Numbered from the stretch's first letter, positions 37,417-51,551 are shown. The stretch: 64,000 bases of DNA from Camelus dromedarius (GCF_036321535.1 NC_087436.1:61072001-61136000), one strand, 5' to 3'. Translations and numbers: made by a program. Notes: generated by a model from the sequence alone, not told the origin.

Positions 37417-37979
37417 GGCAAATGAGACATTTCATTTTATTTTCACATTGTTAGTTTTAATTGATTTTAGAAGCTCACAGATCACCTCTATAACTCACTT
37501 TAGATGCCAAGAGTTAGAGATGACTTCAGAAAGTATTAATTCACCACAAGGAGAGTAGCTAGCTTATAATGTTGCAGTATTAATTATTTTAGGCACTTTT
37601 TATTACTTATTTCCTTTGTCTCTTTGTTATATTTTGGAAAGATAATTTGATGTGATACTTGACTCCAGTAAGTCTTTAATTAGAAACTTTCAAAATGTAA
37701 ACAGATGATATTTTCCTGATTAACTGGAATGAACCTTGTTCTTTGAAGTTACAATGATCAAAATAAATATCCTCAAGGAAATAACAAATTCTTTGGGGAA
37801 AGTTACTTTAGCTTTTCCCAAGATAAAAGACTGTAATTTTTAAAGTAGGAATTCTGGTGGAAGTGAAATAGAACTAGAAGGGTGTTGAGGTTTGAATGGG
37901 CAACGAGAAGGGAGAGGAGTCTTCTGGTAATGGGGAAGGAAGTTAGCAGAGGAAGAGCAAGCCATATTCACAACTGCTG

Positions 37980-38340
37980 CAGTGAAGATGTCCACAAAAA
38001 GTGTGGTCTCCCTTCCATTTAGTAGAATTGTTATTAGGAAGTGGCTGTCCTGCCGGGGACTATATTTCCCATCACCCTTTGCATCCAGATATGGTCATGT
38101 GATTAGTTTTCACCAATGAGATGTAAGTGGAAGTGATATGTGGCACTTCCGTGCCAAAGCTTTTAAAAAGTGGTCCAATTTCTGGATAACTTTCCCTCCT
38201 CTATATGTATATGGTCCAAGTGGTTAGTAGAAATGTAAGCTCAAAGGAGCTTGGATCCCTGCATCACTGAATGTGGAAAACTTGCTTTGGATTTTTTCGT
38301 GAGAGAAACTTCTATTGTATTTGGCCACTATACATTTACA
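37980..38340 (+). mobile_element. MaLR/ERVL LTR (MLT1J/LTR33-like)
   Basis: actatatttcccatcaccctttgcatccagatatggtcatgtgattagtttt. Confidence 0.6.
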
Positions 38341-38348
38341 GTGAGATT

Positions 38349-38518
38349 CAGTGATACTCAAAAGTATGTCCAGGAGCATCAGCATCACTGGGACATGTTA
38401 GAAATGTAAATTCTCACGCTTCATCCAAGACCTACTGAATCAGAAACTCAGATCCAGGAATATGTTTTAACAAGCTCTCCAGGTGATTCTAATGCATGCT
38501 CAAGTTTGAGGACCACTG
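38349..38518. mobile_element. MER5A MITE
   Basis: gcatcagcatcactggg...agacctactgaatcagaaactc...aagtttgaggaccactg. Confidence 0.85.
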
Positions 38519-38796
38519 TCTTCTTTACCAACTTTACTGCCACCGTAACTGCTTAGTAGACAGGAGTTGTTTCCTCAGTTTTTCTTGGTTAAGCCCTCGA
38601 AGTATTGTAAGTTAGTTGCTTTAATTAGGAATGGTGGCTGAAAGTTAAGAACAAATGTCAGAAGAATTGGTGCAGTTGGGAAGACATTTGGTGAGTTTGA
38701 AGTTCCATTGAAGTTTGAAGAGAAACATCTTTGTTTAGAAACAACTTTTGTTAAGTTCTAAATATTTTCATTGTTTAAAGGGCATATATCCTAGAA

Positions 38797-39086
38797 CAGG
38801 GGTCACAACCCAAATGCCTACCAGGTTGTCTAATCAAGGGAAGTGGGCTGAGTGGAAGGCAGCAAAGTGTACTAAGCTACAGCTGATTGTTGAGAATGTG
38901 GGCCCAGTGTTTTCAAATCTAAATATTTTAAAAGAGAACTGGAAATTTGGATTTTCATGTCAGATCTTCTGGTTTGTACATGTTGACTTACATTAAAAAA
39001 AATTAAAAACAAAGCCCAAAACTTTTTGTGGTCAAACATACCCAAGTGTTGAATTTGGCCCCTGGGCTGCTGGTTTTATAGCCTTT
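38797..39086. mobile_element. MER102-like hAT-Charlie element
   Basis: caggggtcacaacccaaatgcctac...gaatgtgggcccagtgtt...tttggcccctgggctgc. Confidence 0.75.
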
Positions 39087-40256
39087 ATCTGGAAGAACCA
39101 CGGAACCAGTCAGGCTGGCTAATATCTTGTCTTAGTCATTAACAAGCAAAATAAATTTTGCACAACTGATGAGCTTCAAAGGAGGGAGGAATAAGAATTG
39201 TACAAAGCAGTTGCCAAGGTAACATCTTGCTGATCAGAAAGTGACGGCAGTTGGGCTTTATGTAGACGCAGTGGGAGAATGAAACATAATCTTTCCCTGT
39301 ATTCTTTCTGTTTAAGATCAGTGAGGAAATGGATGTGAATGCAGTGCAGCTGCCTGAGATTAGCAGGAAGCAATTCTTTTCCCATTTGTGGAGACCCCAG
39401 TGAGGCCTGATCACCAGCTAGCAACATATGGAAGTCACACCTTAAATCTTCCAATTTGCTAGCAGCAAATCAATGAACTCCAAGAGCTGCTGCCCTAAGC
39501 TAGCATCTAGGGAACTGTGGACAAGTTATTTGATACCCAAATTTTAGTGAAAGAAAGTTAAAGCTTTTTCTTAAAGCAGAGGAAAAAAAATTCTATTAAG
39601 CAATGAGAGAAGAGAGTTGAAGTTTTATAAAAGAGAGTTGGTTGTTTTAGACTATTTTTATTTAAATGTATCAGAAAACTATTGGTAATTAGTGTTTTAT
39701 TGTTTATTTTTACTAACAAAGTAATACGAAAGGCTTTTATACTTTATTTCATTTAACTTTATTTTTCTATTATGGAAATAAGACATTGTTCTAGGGCCTG
39801 CCAAATTTAGGCAGTCTCTTCTCTCTGGGCAAAATCAGACTTTGGTATGTTTTCAGTACAATGAGATGGAAATTTTAGAACACTAAGAGACTGATACTTG
39901 CCTGAGGAGATTTACTCTCTCTTTAATCCTTATCAAATATCCAGATATTACCTGTACTGACTTGGCATGCTGCCAGAAGGGGGGATTCTTTGATTGTATG
40001 AGTTCTGGGCCCCAGATGGGGTCTGAGTAACGTTGTACTGGGGGCAAATAACAAGGTGTTGCCCATGACACAGTCAAGCCTCTTTTTCATTTAACAGCCT
40101 ATTTTGGACATCTTTTGGTAGAGATCTACCTCATCCCTTTTAATAACTGCATAGAAGCTTGGACATTTGGAGGTCTCCAAATATTGGTTGTCACTTATGG
40201 TGTATTCTGTTTTTATTATGATAATATTGCAATAAGTATCCTAGCAACCTATTTTT

Positions 40257-40504
40257 TAACATTTTTTATTGATTTATAATCATTTTACAATGTTGTGTCA
40301 AATTCCAGTGTAGAGCACAATTTTTCAGTTATACATGAACATATATATATTCATTGTCACATTTTTTTCTCTGTGAGCAACCATAAGATCTTGTGTATAT
40401 TCCCTGTGCTATACAGTATAATCTTGTTTATCTATCCTACAATTTTGAAATCCCATCTATCCCTTCCCACCCTCCGCCCCCTTGGCAACCACAAGTTTGT
40501 ATTC
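40257..40504 (-). mobile_element. Young lineage-specific L1 3' end, inserted in an older L1ME (about 40080-40930)
   Basis: ttgtgtcaaattccagtgtagagcacaatttttcagttatacatgaac; TSD gcaac(c/g)tattttt at 40244-40256 and 40505-40517. Confidence 0.88.
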
Positions 40505-42803
40505 GCAACGTATTTTTACTTACATGTAATACAGCATTTTTTGAAGGATAAATTCTTAAATGTGAAAATGAAGGGTCAAAGTATATATAGATTTGAGATT
40601 TCAGTAATTAACTAACTGTCCTACAATGGGATTACAACAATTTATATTTCCATCAATGGGTCACAAAACTGTTGGTTTCCTCTCTGCCTTACTATATATT
40701 ATAAAATTTCTAATATTTTCCAATCTGGTATGGAAAAAAATAGTGTTTTACTGTTCTAACTTATTTTTCTCTCATTATGAGAGAGTTTGAACACTCTTTC
40801 ATGTTTTAAAGATACTTGCATTTCTTTTTCAGTTAAATATCTCTTCATATATTTGCTTTTCCAAAAATTGTTAGAATTTTTTAATTGACTGTTAAGCATT
40901 TTAGCCTTTTGTCACATGAGGTAGGTTTAAAAAAATAAATGTTCTAAGTGTTTACATTCTCAGCCTAAGTCACCTGGGGAAAGTCTAGGTAATAGCTACA
41001 CACAGCTAGTTGCCTAGTGAAAACTGCGTAAATCTCAGGCACAGGGGAGAACCCAGAAAGACCTAACCTGCACATGCAAATCAATAAAGAAAGACAAAGT
41101 CTTAAGACCTTCTGAAGAAGTTTACTGAGTACTTAGTTCAATGTCATGAGCACAGGTGAAGATTGGAGGTGGCAGGATGAATGCGTGGTGGGTGGGATGC
41201 CAGGGCTAGGTCTGAGGTGGGATTAACAAGAGCGATGTACATGTGAACATGTCAGAGCTAGACTTCTCATGGCAGGGTTTCCCTTCAGTCATATTCAAGG
41301 ACCGCCATTTTGCCTCACTGCTTCTTCCTGTGGATGCCTTTTGCTGCCAAAGCCTTTCCAGGCTAGTGCTTTGCTTGCACTCAGACGGATGCTTGTTTAG
41401 GCCAGCACCAGACTCTCTTGGGAATAACAGACATAGTTTCTTTTGAATACCCTGTGTGTTCCCCACATGACACTTTTCCTCATTTTGGGTCCTAGGCTAG
41501 CCTAAAGCTCTCCATTAAAGCTAATGGTAAACCACAATCAGAGTTAACCCAATTTTCCTTCTTTGGTATTTATAAAAAGCAAAACTTAAAAATCTTGAAA
41601 TTTACTTAACTAACAACAAATGCCATTGCTCTATTAATTCCTTCCAGGAGACGGTTCTTTCTTCTCAAATAGGCCACTTTTCAGACTGGAAATCACCCCA
41701 AATCCTCAAATAGCCCCATGTTTTTTCATGCGTGATCCCAGCAAATTGCTGTTTGCATGATGCTTTGATGGGGACTCATTTAAGAGCAAGATTTGTTACT
41801 GTATTCACTGACATTTTAACATAACGTTTTTAGCTGCCTAAATAATTGTAATATTTACCAGAAAAAAAGAAATCAAAGTAATGAAAGGTACTAAAATTAT
41901 TCATACTTCAACATTACAAGCCTTAATTTCCTGCCTGAAGCATGATGACTGACTCATTTTTAAAGTCATCTCTAGCTACTGGGAGTCTATGGTGATATAT
42001 ATATATATAGATGGTTTATAGACTGGGAAAATCAATGAATATCACAAATTGTCAAGATAGGCAGTGTGATTATAGAATAATGAGATTGGCTAAAAACATT
42101 GGATCTCAGAGATCTAAATTGTAAGAAGAAAATGAGGGCTAGCAAGGGGGGAAGTAACTTGCTTGAAGTTCTGTAGGTACCAAACAATACATCAGTATTC
42201 CCTGTGTTTAGGATCTTCTGTCCTTACCCCGTGGAGCTCTTTCTGCCCTTACTACAGGCTAGGGGATGTCTTTGCAGGAGCAGAAGACTATGTACTGGGC
42301 TTTGGTGGGTGGGCTCTCTGGTTTCACCATGGCTATACACATTCTGGGAGAGGTCTGTGACAGCTATTGTCACTCTTGGTGACTTAGCATCTAGGTTAGC
42401 CAACCTGTAGATAGCATGGGAAGCCCTTGTAATTTGAATTAAAAAAAAAAAAACTACTTACTTGATCAAAAGAAACCTTTTTTTTTCTTCTGATAGAAAC
42501 TGCTATCAGTTACTCCTTAAGGATTTATGAGTTTAAAGATGCATTTTAATAGGCTATGTACTCTTCTAACTGGGAGGGATAATGCATTCCTAGGAAAATA
42601 AATATATAAGTGTTATATCCTGCCTTTCTCTATATCTGGTCTTATAAACCCATGCGCATCTTTAGGTGTCTAAGTCTTTGTTCATATCATTCACTTGGCC
42701 TGGGAAGAACTTCTCAGACTAGATAATTGTCATAATTTTCCAGGGTTAAGATCAAATATCACTTTCTATGATTTTCTTGATCCTTCTTCCCAAGTAGAAA
42801 TAG

Positions 42804-42870
<67 letters not shown>

Positions 42871-42915
42871 TACACACACACACACACACATATATATACA
42901 CACACATACACATAC
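42804..42915. repeat. Compound (TA)n(CA)n microsatellite
   Basis: Seen directly. Confidence 0.95.
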
Positions 42916-44454
42916 CTGTACAATTTACTTGTACTTAACATAAACCTCCTCAGTCTGCAGAGAATTTGAGATATCTTACCAATATACAAAAAGATGAAGG
43001 AGGGAGGATTTGGGATCAAGGGGAAACAAGGGCAGCAAAATAAATGCCTACCACCCACTCTGGTAGAGTTGCTCAAAGAGGACTACACATTTGGATTTAA
43101 CCTACTGACAGCTAAAGCAAAAAGGGAAACATGATGAATTACAAGATTTTGCTCTATCTGTAAGATAAAAACAAATGAGCTGTTCTGAGAAAGTTCTTCC
43201 TGAATCTGAGATCTGAGAAGAACGTCTCCATGGGGTCCTTTGAAAATGAGCACAGTGTGATGTAGGGGAGGACACTTTCAATATTCCTATATTGAGTACA
43301 TACTTAATTCCATTCAGCGGTTTTAAAATGTTGCTCCATCTAGGCAGACGATGAAACACCAGAGTACAGCCAAGTAGAAGCGTTACCACTGAGATGTGAA
43401 AACAAAGCTGTGACTCATGTTGTTTTGGCTCTTTACAATTTTTTTTTTAAACTGAATTATGCTTCCATGTACATGAATAGTAAATTTTAGGATATCTAAA
43501 GTACTAGATGGGCTGTTTGTCTTTTAGGTAAACCTCCATAAATTATTTATTGTAAGTATATTTGATAAGGGTTATATGACTGAAAGTTCAAGGTTGTATT
43601 TTTTTTCCAGCAAGAAGCAAGAATGCAGATAACCTACAGCCAATAGAGTACAGATTTTTATGGTTTGTCAATCAATCTGTCAGAATGTACCTGTATTGTA
43701 GCACTTATCACTTTGTTTTATAGCATGTGTCCCTGGCATAACTGCATACTCTTCAAGGGCAGGAACTATTTCTTTTTGTCTTTGCATTCTTAGCCCCTAG
43801 CGTAATGCCTGAAACAGCATCTCTCTAATAGACTTTGCTGAACTGAATCATCTAAAAAACTTCCCATTATCATCCAGTTTACTCGGCAAAAATAAGATTT
43901 CTGAGGGGGTTGGACAGGGAACATAGGATAGCTAAGCTATGAAGGTAGGGGAAAGGCAAAGAGGCAGGAAAGGATGGAAACTTGGAGTATAATATGAGAA
44001 AGCAAGCCCAAGGGGGAATGTTCCAGTGGAGGGTGGTCTTACATGTAGAGCAGACAACATTGGGGCATCAGTTGATTAAAATAGGGGGACTAGAAAGACT
44101 TTTAAAAGAGTAGGTGGGGTGGGAAGGTATGGAAATGGCTGGAAACAACCTTTTTCTAGTATGCCAGCTATTTTCGGTTGTTAGTCCTATTCTTATCCTT
44201 ATTTCTTCTCCTCTGAATTGCAACCTGCTGGAAAATTTTCTAGACTCCCTCGGTAGTGGATTTGAGGTAGGGTTTGTCAATGGGACTATTTAGGGGAGAT
44301 TAGAAAGTGGTAGGAAGAGAAGTCCATTCATTTGGCTGTGATAATGATAGCAGTGAATGGTGCTGTGAGTGACTGGGGCTCCAGTAGCATTAGGGGTGGT
44401 TCCAGTATCGTCAGTAGGAGCTTGGTCTCCTGGGTTCCTGCTAAGCAGCTAGGA

Positions 44455-45004
44455 TCAATAACCTCAAAAATGGCCTCCAGTGATCATTGCCTCTTGGTAT
44501 TCATGGCCTTGTGTAATCCTCTCCCCTAAGTAACTTGCTGCTGACCAATAAAATATGCCCATGTTGAAGGATGCCACTTCTCTGATTGGTTACAAAAGAT
44601 TTTGACTACTGTCTTGTTAGAAGGCTCCCTCTATTGCCTTCTCAGCTTGCATGCTTTGATGAAGCAAGTGACCCTGTTCATGAAACCCATGTGGCAAGGA
44701 ACTGAGGGTGGTCTCTGGCCAATAGCTAGCAAGGAACTGAGGTCTACCAGCTTACAAGCAACTGAATCCTGCCAACATCTACATGAACCTGAATGTGTAT
44801 CCTTTCCCATTTAAGCCTTCAGATGAGTATAGCCTCACCAACACCTTGACAGCAGCCTGGAAGAGACCCTGGAGCTGAGAAAGGACTCAGCTAAGCCATG
44901 CCCAGATTCCTAACCCACAGAAACTGTGAGGTAGTAAATGTCTGTTGTTTCAAAGTGTAATATTTGAGGTAATTTGTTACACAATAGCAATGGATAACTA
45001 ATAT
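44455..45004 (+). mobile_element. MaLR LTR MLT1E/F-like (nested in an older LTR-like tract, about 44160-45240)
   Basis: atggcctccagtgatc...atgtggcaaggaactgagg...cagaaactgtgagg...gataactaata. Confidence 0.85.
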
Positions 45005-46373
45005 AACAGTAGAGCCATCAGTTCCAACCTCGGTAGTCAGTGTGTGCTGGTAGACTCTGGGTAACATCATATTCACCCCATTTACTCCTCCAGCTATGGG
45101 AGCAATGGCAACTTTCTGCAGCTGCCAATCTCTGGGTAATGCCACCTTCCCCTTCGCAGCATTTTCATCACCTTTGTCACTTTTTTCCTATGCTAAATTC
45201 TCTCTGTCTGAACTATCTAAATGGTGATTGATACATCTACATAACCATTTTTTCCTGCAAAGGAGATTAAGGGGAATCACATTATTCTAAATGCAGCCAT
45301 GTCTTTTTTGATGTTAAAAAAATGTGATGCAACTTTTGGTTTGTTTTTTAAAAAGCGAGTAGAAGTTTATTTCTCCACAGGTCTTGGTTTCTGGGAAAGG
45401 TCAGCTTCAAAAGGTGGAGTCATCTGTACATTTTTCTCTGGATATAGTAGGTATATATCCCTGCCCACCTGCAGGCAGCAAAGGCAATGCATAAGGGATT
45501 CTGAAGGACACACAGTGGTTTCTTCTCCATTTTTATGTGGGAGTCCATGGAAGTACAATCGCTGCATGCTCCCTGTAACTGGAATAAAACAATACAGCAC
45601 GTGTATGAGGGCAAACTCTTAACTCAGCAGGTGAACAGCCATATCGACTCCATTTCCCCTGGAGACTGTGAAACTAGAAAGAAACCTATGTAGCAGGCTG
45701 GAGCAGCCTCTGATGAAGCTCAAAAGAGAGGTGGCAAACTCACAACTACACAGCAAAAATACCAAGTCAGACGCAGCAAAAGAACAAAGGGAGAGAAAAA
45801 GACTTGTCATAGAGGCCATATCCATTCACCCACAGAACACCCGGTGAAGAAAATGAGCTACACTTCTCCCACTCGAAGGCTTGGGGAGAGGGAGACATTC
45901 AGGGAAACCACAGGAGCAGAAAATTAGATAGTTTATCTAAGAGAGAAGAAATGAACTAAAGTGTGCTTTTGATATATGGCTGAAAGAGAGGGCAAATGCG
46001 AAATACCAACGTATACTTGGCATCGGAAGACTGCCTTTTATCCAAAGATCTCAGAGCAGTTTGAGTCTATTAATTGACTTGTGAGACAGTTAAATTATTA
46101 TTTGTTCATTTTTTTAAAGCAGCATTTTATTCTAAAATTTGCTGAGCATTTTACAACCCAAGAATATTCGTTATTCCCCAAATAATCTGATGACATACAG
46201 TGTGGCCATTCCTATTTGGTATATGTGGAAACTGACCCTCAGAGAAGTTTGGTACCACACTGAGGATCAGAGGAGGACAGAGGATCAGAAATGAACATGT
46301 AAACACTGTTTAAGCAATGGGGAACTCTGTGGAGACAACTCAGTGTTTTCTATGGCTAGTCCTTTGTGGCATC

Positions 46374-46808
46374 TGTGGTAGGCAGAATAATGGCCCCTCA
46401 ACGGTATTCACATCTTAATCCCTGGAACCTGTGAATATGTTAATTTATGTGGCAAAGGGGACTTTGCTGAGGTGATTAAGTTAAGGATCTTGAGTTGGGG
46501 AGATTATCCTGAATTATCTGCGTGGGCCCCTCTTTCCCTTACAAAGACCAAAAAGGGAAAGAGGAAGGTAAGAGAGTCAAAGAAGAAGTGATGATGGAAG
46601 CAGAGATTAGAGTGATGTAAGGCCATGAGCCAAGGAATGCAGGTAGCCTCTAGAAGCTGGAAAGGGCCAGAAATATATTTCCCTCTAGACCCTCCTGACA
46701 ACCCATTTTAGTCTTCTGACTTCCAGAACTGTAAGATAATAAGTTTATGTTGTTCTAAGCCATTATGTTTGTGGTCATTTGTTACAGTAGCAACAGGAGA
46801 CTAATACA
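46374..46808 (+). mobile_element. MaLR LTR MLT1C/D-like solo LTR
   Basis: tgtggtaggcagaataatggcccc...ggagactaataca; TSD gcatc/gcatt. Confidence 0.9.
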
Positions 46809-47819
46809 GCATTTTGGAGGAGTGGAGATCTGGATGATTCCCTGACACTACAGACCTAAAATTTTATTTTCTGAGTATTTGGGTAGCACGATTTAATAAT
46901 TTTGGGGGAGGCAAGAATTACTTGGGTATTTATTCATGACAGTAATGGATTTAATAGTTTGAAGGAAAAGAATAATGGCAGTAACCACAGTAATAGTAAT
47001 GGGTAATAGTTATTAAGGCTTAACACGTGCCAAGTGCTGGGCCAGCCTTTTGAGGTGCCTCTGTCTCATTTCTTACAGCGACTCTACAAAGTAATAATTA
47101 TTCTCATTTTCCAGAGGAGGAAACTGAGTCTGAGAGCTATTCAGGTAGTGAGGGAGCTGACATGTGCACACCAGTATATCTGACTCTTAACCACTACTTG
47201 AAATAGCTTTTCTAAAGACTTCTTAATTCATTGAAGGGAAAGAACGAGTCGTGTGAAGGGAAGCTGTGATAGAAAGTCAAGGACAGGACTCTCTTGTCAC
47301 TGAGGTGCTAACTCTGCCTCCCCAAGAAGGAGGTGAGGGACAACATCACCTTTCCTTCTAGCACTTCAGCCAACCACTTTATAAAGTACCCACCATCAGA
47401 GGGCAACACCTTTCCCCCACTCTTTCTTGCCAAGAGACACCTCTATTAAAAGCAAACAAGCAATTTCACGTTGCATAATGAATGTCTTTCCTACCAGAGG
47501 CAACTACAAGGGTGCAGAGGCCCTGGGGCTTTAGCTAACATAAATGAGGAGGGAGCTTCAGTGAGTGGAATCAGGAGGATTTGAGTTGAACAGGCCACAG
47601 TCTTAATGAGATACTGTTAGAACTAGCATCATCAAGTTTGGTATTGGTTAGAACAGAAATAATTCACAATGTTATAGGCACTATTGTAAAATGGACACTT
47701 ATAATAATACCTTCTTCATAGGGTAATTGTGCACATTGAATTAATAAAGATAAAGTGCTTTGAATGGTTCTGTAAAAGTGTAGCTGTTACTCTACCGCAC
47801 TCACTCCTGCGGCTAACAG

Positions 47820-48037
47820 CGCCACTATGGCTATCAGCACTGCTGTGGTGACTGCAACACCGTTGCTACTACCCCCACTATGATTACTACCCTATTGCTA
47901 TGAGTACTATCCTGATCACGGTTACTTTTATTTCTATTACCACTGACTACCCCTGCTATCATCACTATTATTTCAAATACTACCATTACTACTATTGTTA
48001 CTACAATAATTATTACTATCACTACCACTATTATCAA
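47820..48037. repeat. Degenerate (TAC/CAC/TAT)n low-complexity tract
   Basis: Trinucleotide periodicity; translates as poly-Y/H or poly-I/V. Confidence 0.85.
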
Positions 48038-50809
48038 TGTTCAGGTATGGCAAATGCTTCCAACGTGGTAAATATGCAACACAGCCTTCTGTACCTTCAA
48101 AAAAGTGGCCAGAGCAAATCCTCAGGACATCCTGGGTTTGGCTGGCTATACTTCCTCTCTGGCTCTTTTCTCTGGGCTGTTGGCACTCCTTTTGCTACTG
48201 CTCAGGCTTGGACAAAGTGGCTGTCATTGCCCTGAGCTCTCTGAGGTAGCAACTCTGCTTGCTTCACTAATCCTTGTCAGTGACAAATACTCCTCAAATC
48301 TATTCCCAGTGGCCTTTTGAAGTGGACAAACAACTCCACAGCCATGAAAGATCATGTTTTAAATAGAAGGCACTGTGTCAAATGTCATCAACAGCTCAGC
48401 CAGAGGGCTGCTGATCTCAGACTGATTCAGATAGTTTTCAGATAATAATAGGAACTAACCTCTATTGAGTGCTTATCAGATCTTATCAAGCACTTTTTGA
48501 GGCACTAAACACAGATTGACTTATTTAGCCCTCTGCAAAACTTTATGAGGCAGTTCCTACTATTAATTTCAAATAAGAACAGGTGAGAGCACTGAGGCAC
48601 AGAGAATTTGAAGCCCTTGTTCAAAATAACATAGTAAGTGGGAGAGCTGGGTTTTGAATGCAGGCAGTCTAACTCCAAAGAAGACACTGCTGGCCATCAC
48701 AAACCAGCACATTGGCTTCACTGTACACAGCATTCTAGTCAAAGGAGGTTAGGTCCTAGTGAGAAAGCTGCCCATAGTAGGTGCTCAGTAAGTGCTAGAC
48801 CAGGGAATGAATGAAAAAACAATGGGTGGAAGAATGAAAGTAACCTAACACATCATTTGTGTGAGTGAAGAAAGGAGGAGGCATTTGTGTATTCTAAACC
48901 CTGAAGGGGCAACTCAGTTAACTGCAGGAACAGATTGGAAAGGGAGTCACGGAGGTCAAGAAGGTACTGGTAGAGATCTATCTACCTTGCTGGAGATCTA
49001 GGGAATTTGCCACTAGGTTCTCAGCCTCTAAGGATCTTCCTGGGCTTCCTGGGTCTGCTGGTGGCTGCAAGCGACCTTGGCTTGGACCCGAGAAGTATGG
49101 AACACAGTAAGGTTCCATCCTCTGCAAGTTGGCCCCTGTCTCTGATGTGGAGAGTGATTTGTTTGCTCTCTTAGGTACTAACAGTTACGGGCCATAGAAT
49201 TTTAGTGTTGAAAAACTCCTTGAAGATCAACCTCTCCCATTCTCCTCACTAGGAAACCGAGTCCCAAAGGCATCAAATGACTTAACGAGACCGCAACACC
49301 AGAGAGGAGCAAGTTTCCCTGATTCTCCAGGAACTAACCCACATCTTTAATTATGGTTTATTTGTTTGTTTGCCCTGATCTGGCAACAGTTTCTTGCGCC
49401 GACTTAAACACCTTGGTGTTTCAGATAAAATGGTTGGCTTGAGCCAGGGCCTCAGGCACAATTTGCCTTCCATAATACTGGATGCAACAAAGACCTAATT
49501 AGCTGATTAATCTCCACTGCATTCCCTTGACACAAGGTCATACAACTTTCATCTTTAAGATGGACAAACTAAGGTAGTTTGCATTTTCCTTCACTTAATA
49601 TTTAAAGCCTCTTTATAAGAGGAAACAGTCCCAAAGAATTCTATTTGCACTTACATTAATATCACTTAATTAAAAACATTTTTCAGCATTGCAACATATA
49701 GAACAACTACGTTAGCTGCAATGTATGTTCCTGTAGCAGCAAAATTTTGCCTGTTTATCTAGTTAACAAATATGAGCATCATAAGACTGTAATAAATTAT
49801 TTAGAGGGTATTTACTTTTAATTATTATTTTCTCAATAAATTCTAAAATTCAATTCCATAGAAACCAAGATGACTTAGTTACACAGAAATGTTTCACACT
49901 GGACTCATTTTGGCTTTCTGCAAGTGACTACATTACTTTATTAAAAATTTCTTTTGTCTTTAATAAGGGAGAAAGGGAGAGACCACTGTGTCATTTAATG
50001 GCTCACTCTGTCCTGCCTAGCATGCTAACTTTTCTATAATTGTACTTTCCCGTAGTTCTTCCTCCTGAATAGAAAATATTAAATCTCCTGTCCAAATCTC
50101 CACTCTAATTATTACTCCTATCTGACATAAAAGGGTGATTAAAGTAACTCATGTCTCAAACCAATTTGATATATGATAATAAAAATTTCTTGTCGAATTC
50201 CAATGTGATCTGAATGATTTAGTTGTATACACATAGCCTGTTACTGATTTTTTCCCTACTTTGATAATTCAGCACTACTTGTCTTTGGATTTTCTCTAGC
50301 TCAAAAGGAAAAAGGAATGCCATTGTTATTCTCACTCTCACCAAACCTTTTATTTATAAGCGACCACTTATTAGTAGTCACATACATTCCACAGTATTAT
50401 AATCCAGGTGAGTAATCTAACCCTAATACCTTCCAGTTGTGGATGGGTACACACATTTTTGTTGGTTCAATGGCTTACACTTCAACCTGATTCCAAGATA
50501 TTCCCTAGTTCCCTTCCCTCTGTTATGTCTCTCTTCCATTATTCCATTATTTGAGTCTTGTAGGATTAATATGAATTAGCACAGAAAATGGAACTTAAGT
50601 GTCTGGTCTGAAGGACGTTTCTTCCTTTGAAGAGCTCACAACAGAGAAAAAATGTAGCTCCAGGAATCGTTTCCTTTTATTTGTGACCCCACCAAGGAGC
50701 CACTATTTTTCCATTTCATAGATGGAGATATTAAGACAGAATCAGCTTGGGGACTTTGCTTCAGGTTATATAGTGAATAAAGGTTGCAGTCAAGAGGAAC
50801 AAAACACAG

Positions 50810-51072
50810 GAACAGAAGTCAGTTAAATAAATAAACTCATTGCCCCATGCACAGTATTAGCTGAAAATGCTAGTATAAAACTCAAGGAAGGTTTAAGTAA
50901 AGTTCTGGGTGATAGAGCCTTAATAGGAATTTAAGGACATTTAGGAGCTGCTTCTAAGCTTGTGAGGCCATGATTATGGAGGAAGTTACAACTCTTTCCT
51001 ACAAAATGTCTCTTGGTGCTATTGTCAGACAGTTGGTCTAAGCCACTATGGCAATTCTTATTTTGTTATGTT
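50810..51072 (+). mobile_element. Ancient CR1-clade LINE 3' end (CR1_Mam/Plat_L3-like)
   Basis: aactcattgccc (NSLP), caaggaaggtttaagtaaagttctgg, terminal ggtctaagccactatggcaattcttattttgttatgtt. Confidence 0.6.
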
Positions 51073-51551
51073 TTCCCAAACCCCTTTTGGTGTTTTATCT
51101 ACTGGAGCATTCATCTGAGACAAACAGCTTATGTACTCTTTCTAGCCAAGCAGAAATCAGAATGAATGAGAAAATCGCCTAAGAAAATCTGTCCTCCTGA
51201 TTTCCCACATGAAGCTGGCTAAAGAGTCACCGTTCCCCTGACAGAGGCTTCTGCAGGCTCCACCAGTACTTGTCAATTGCCTGGCTTGTCGCGGGGATAC
51301 TGGCAGCTGCTACTTCCACTTCTTCAAAATGAAAACTGCAAATAAGTATATTCAAAATGTATATCCATCCTAGTTCATCCTTCCAGCTGTTTTCCTGGGA
51401 TTAGACTAGTGGTGTAAGAGAAATCTCTGAGCCTTATTGAAATCCAGACTTGCCCAGCCAGTGGCTTCAGTTATTTATTTCTATTTACCTATATTCTTAT
51501 TTATACAAACATTTACTATATACCATGCACTGTGCAAATAGCTTTATATGC

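Noticed and set aside
45619..45848. Overlapping open frames on both strands with a K/E/R-rich + frame
   Set aside because: No good splice acceptor and no recognisable family
47834..48235. Hydrophobic poly-I/V and poly-Y/H ORFs
   Set aside because: Artefacts of a degenerate trinucleotide repeat
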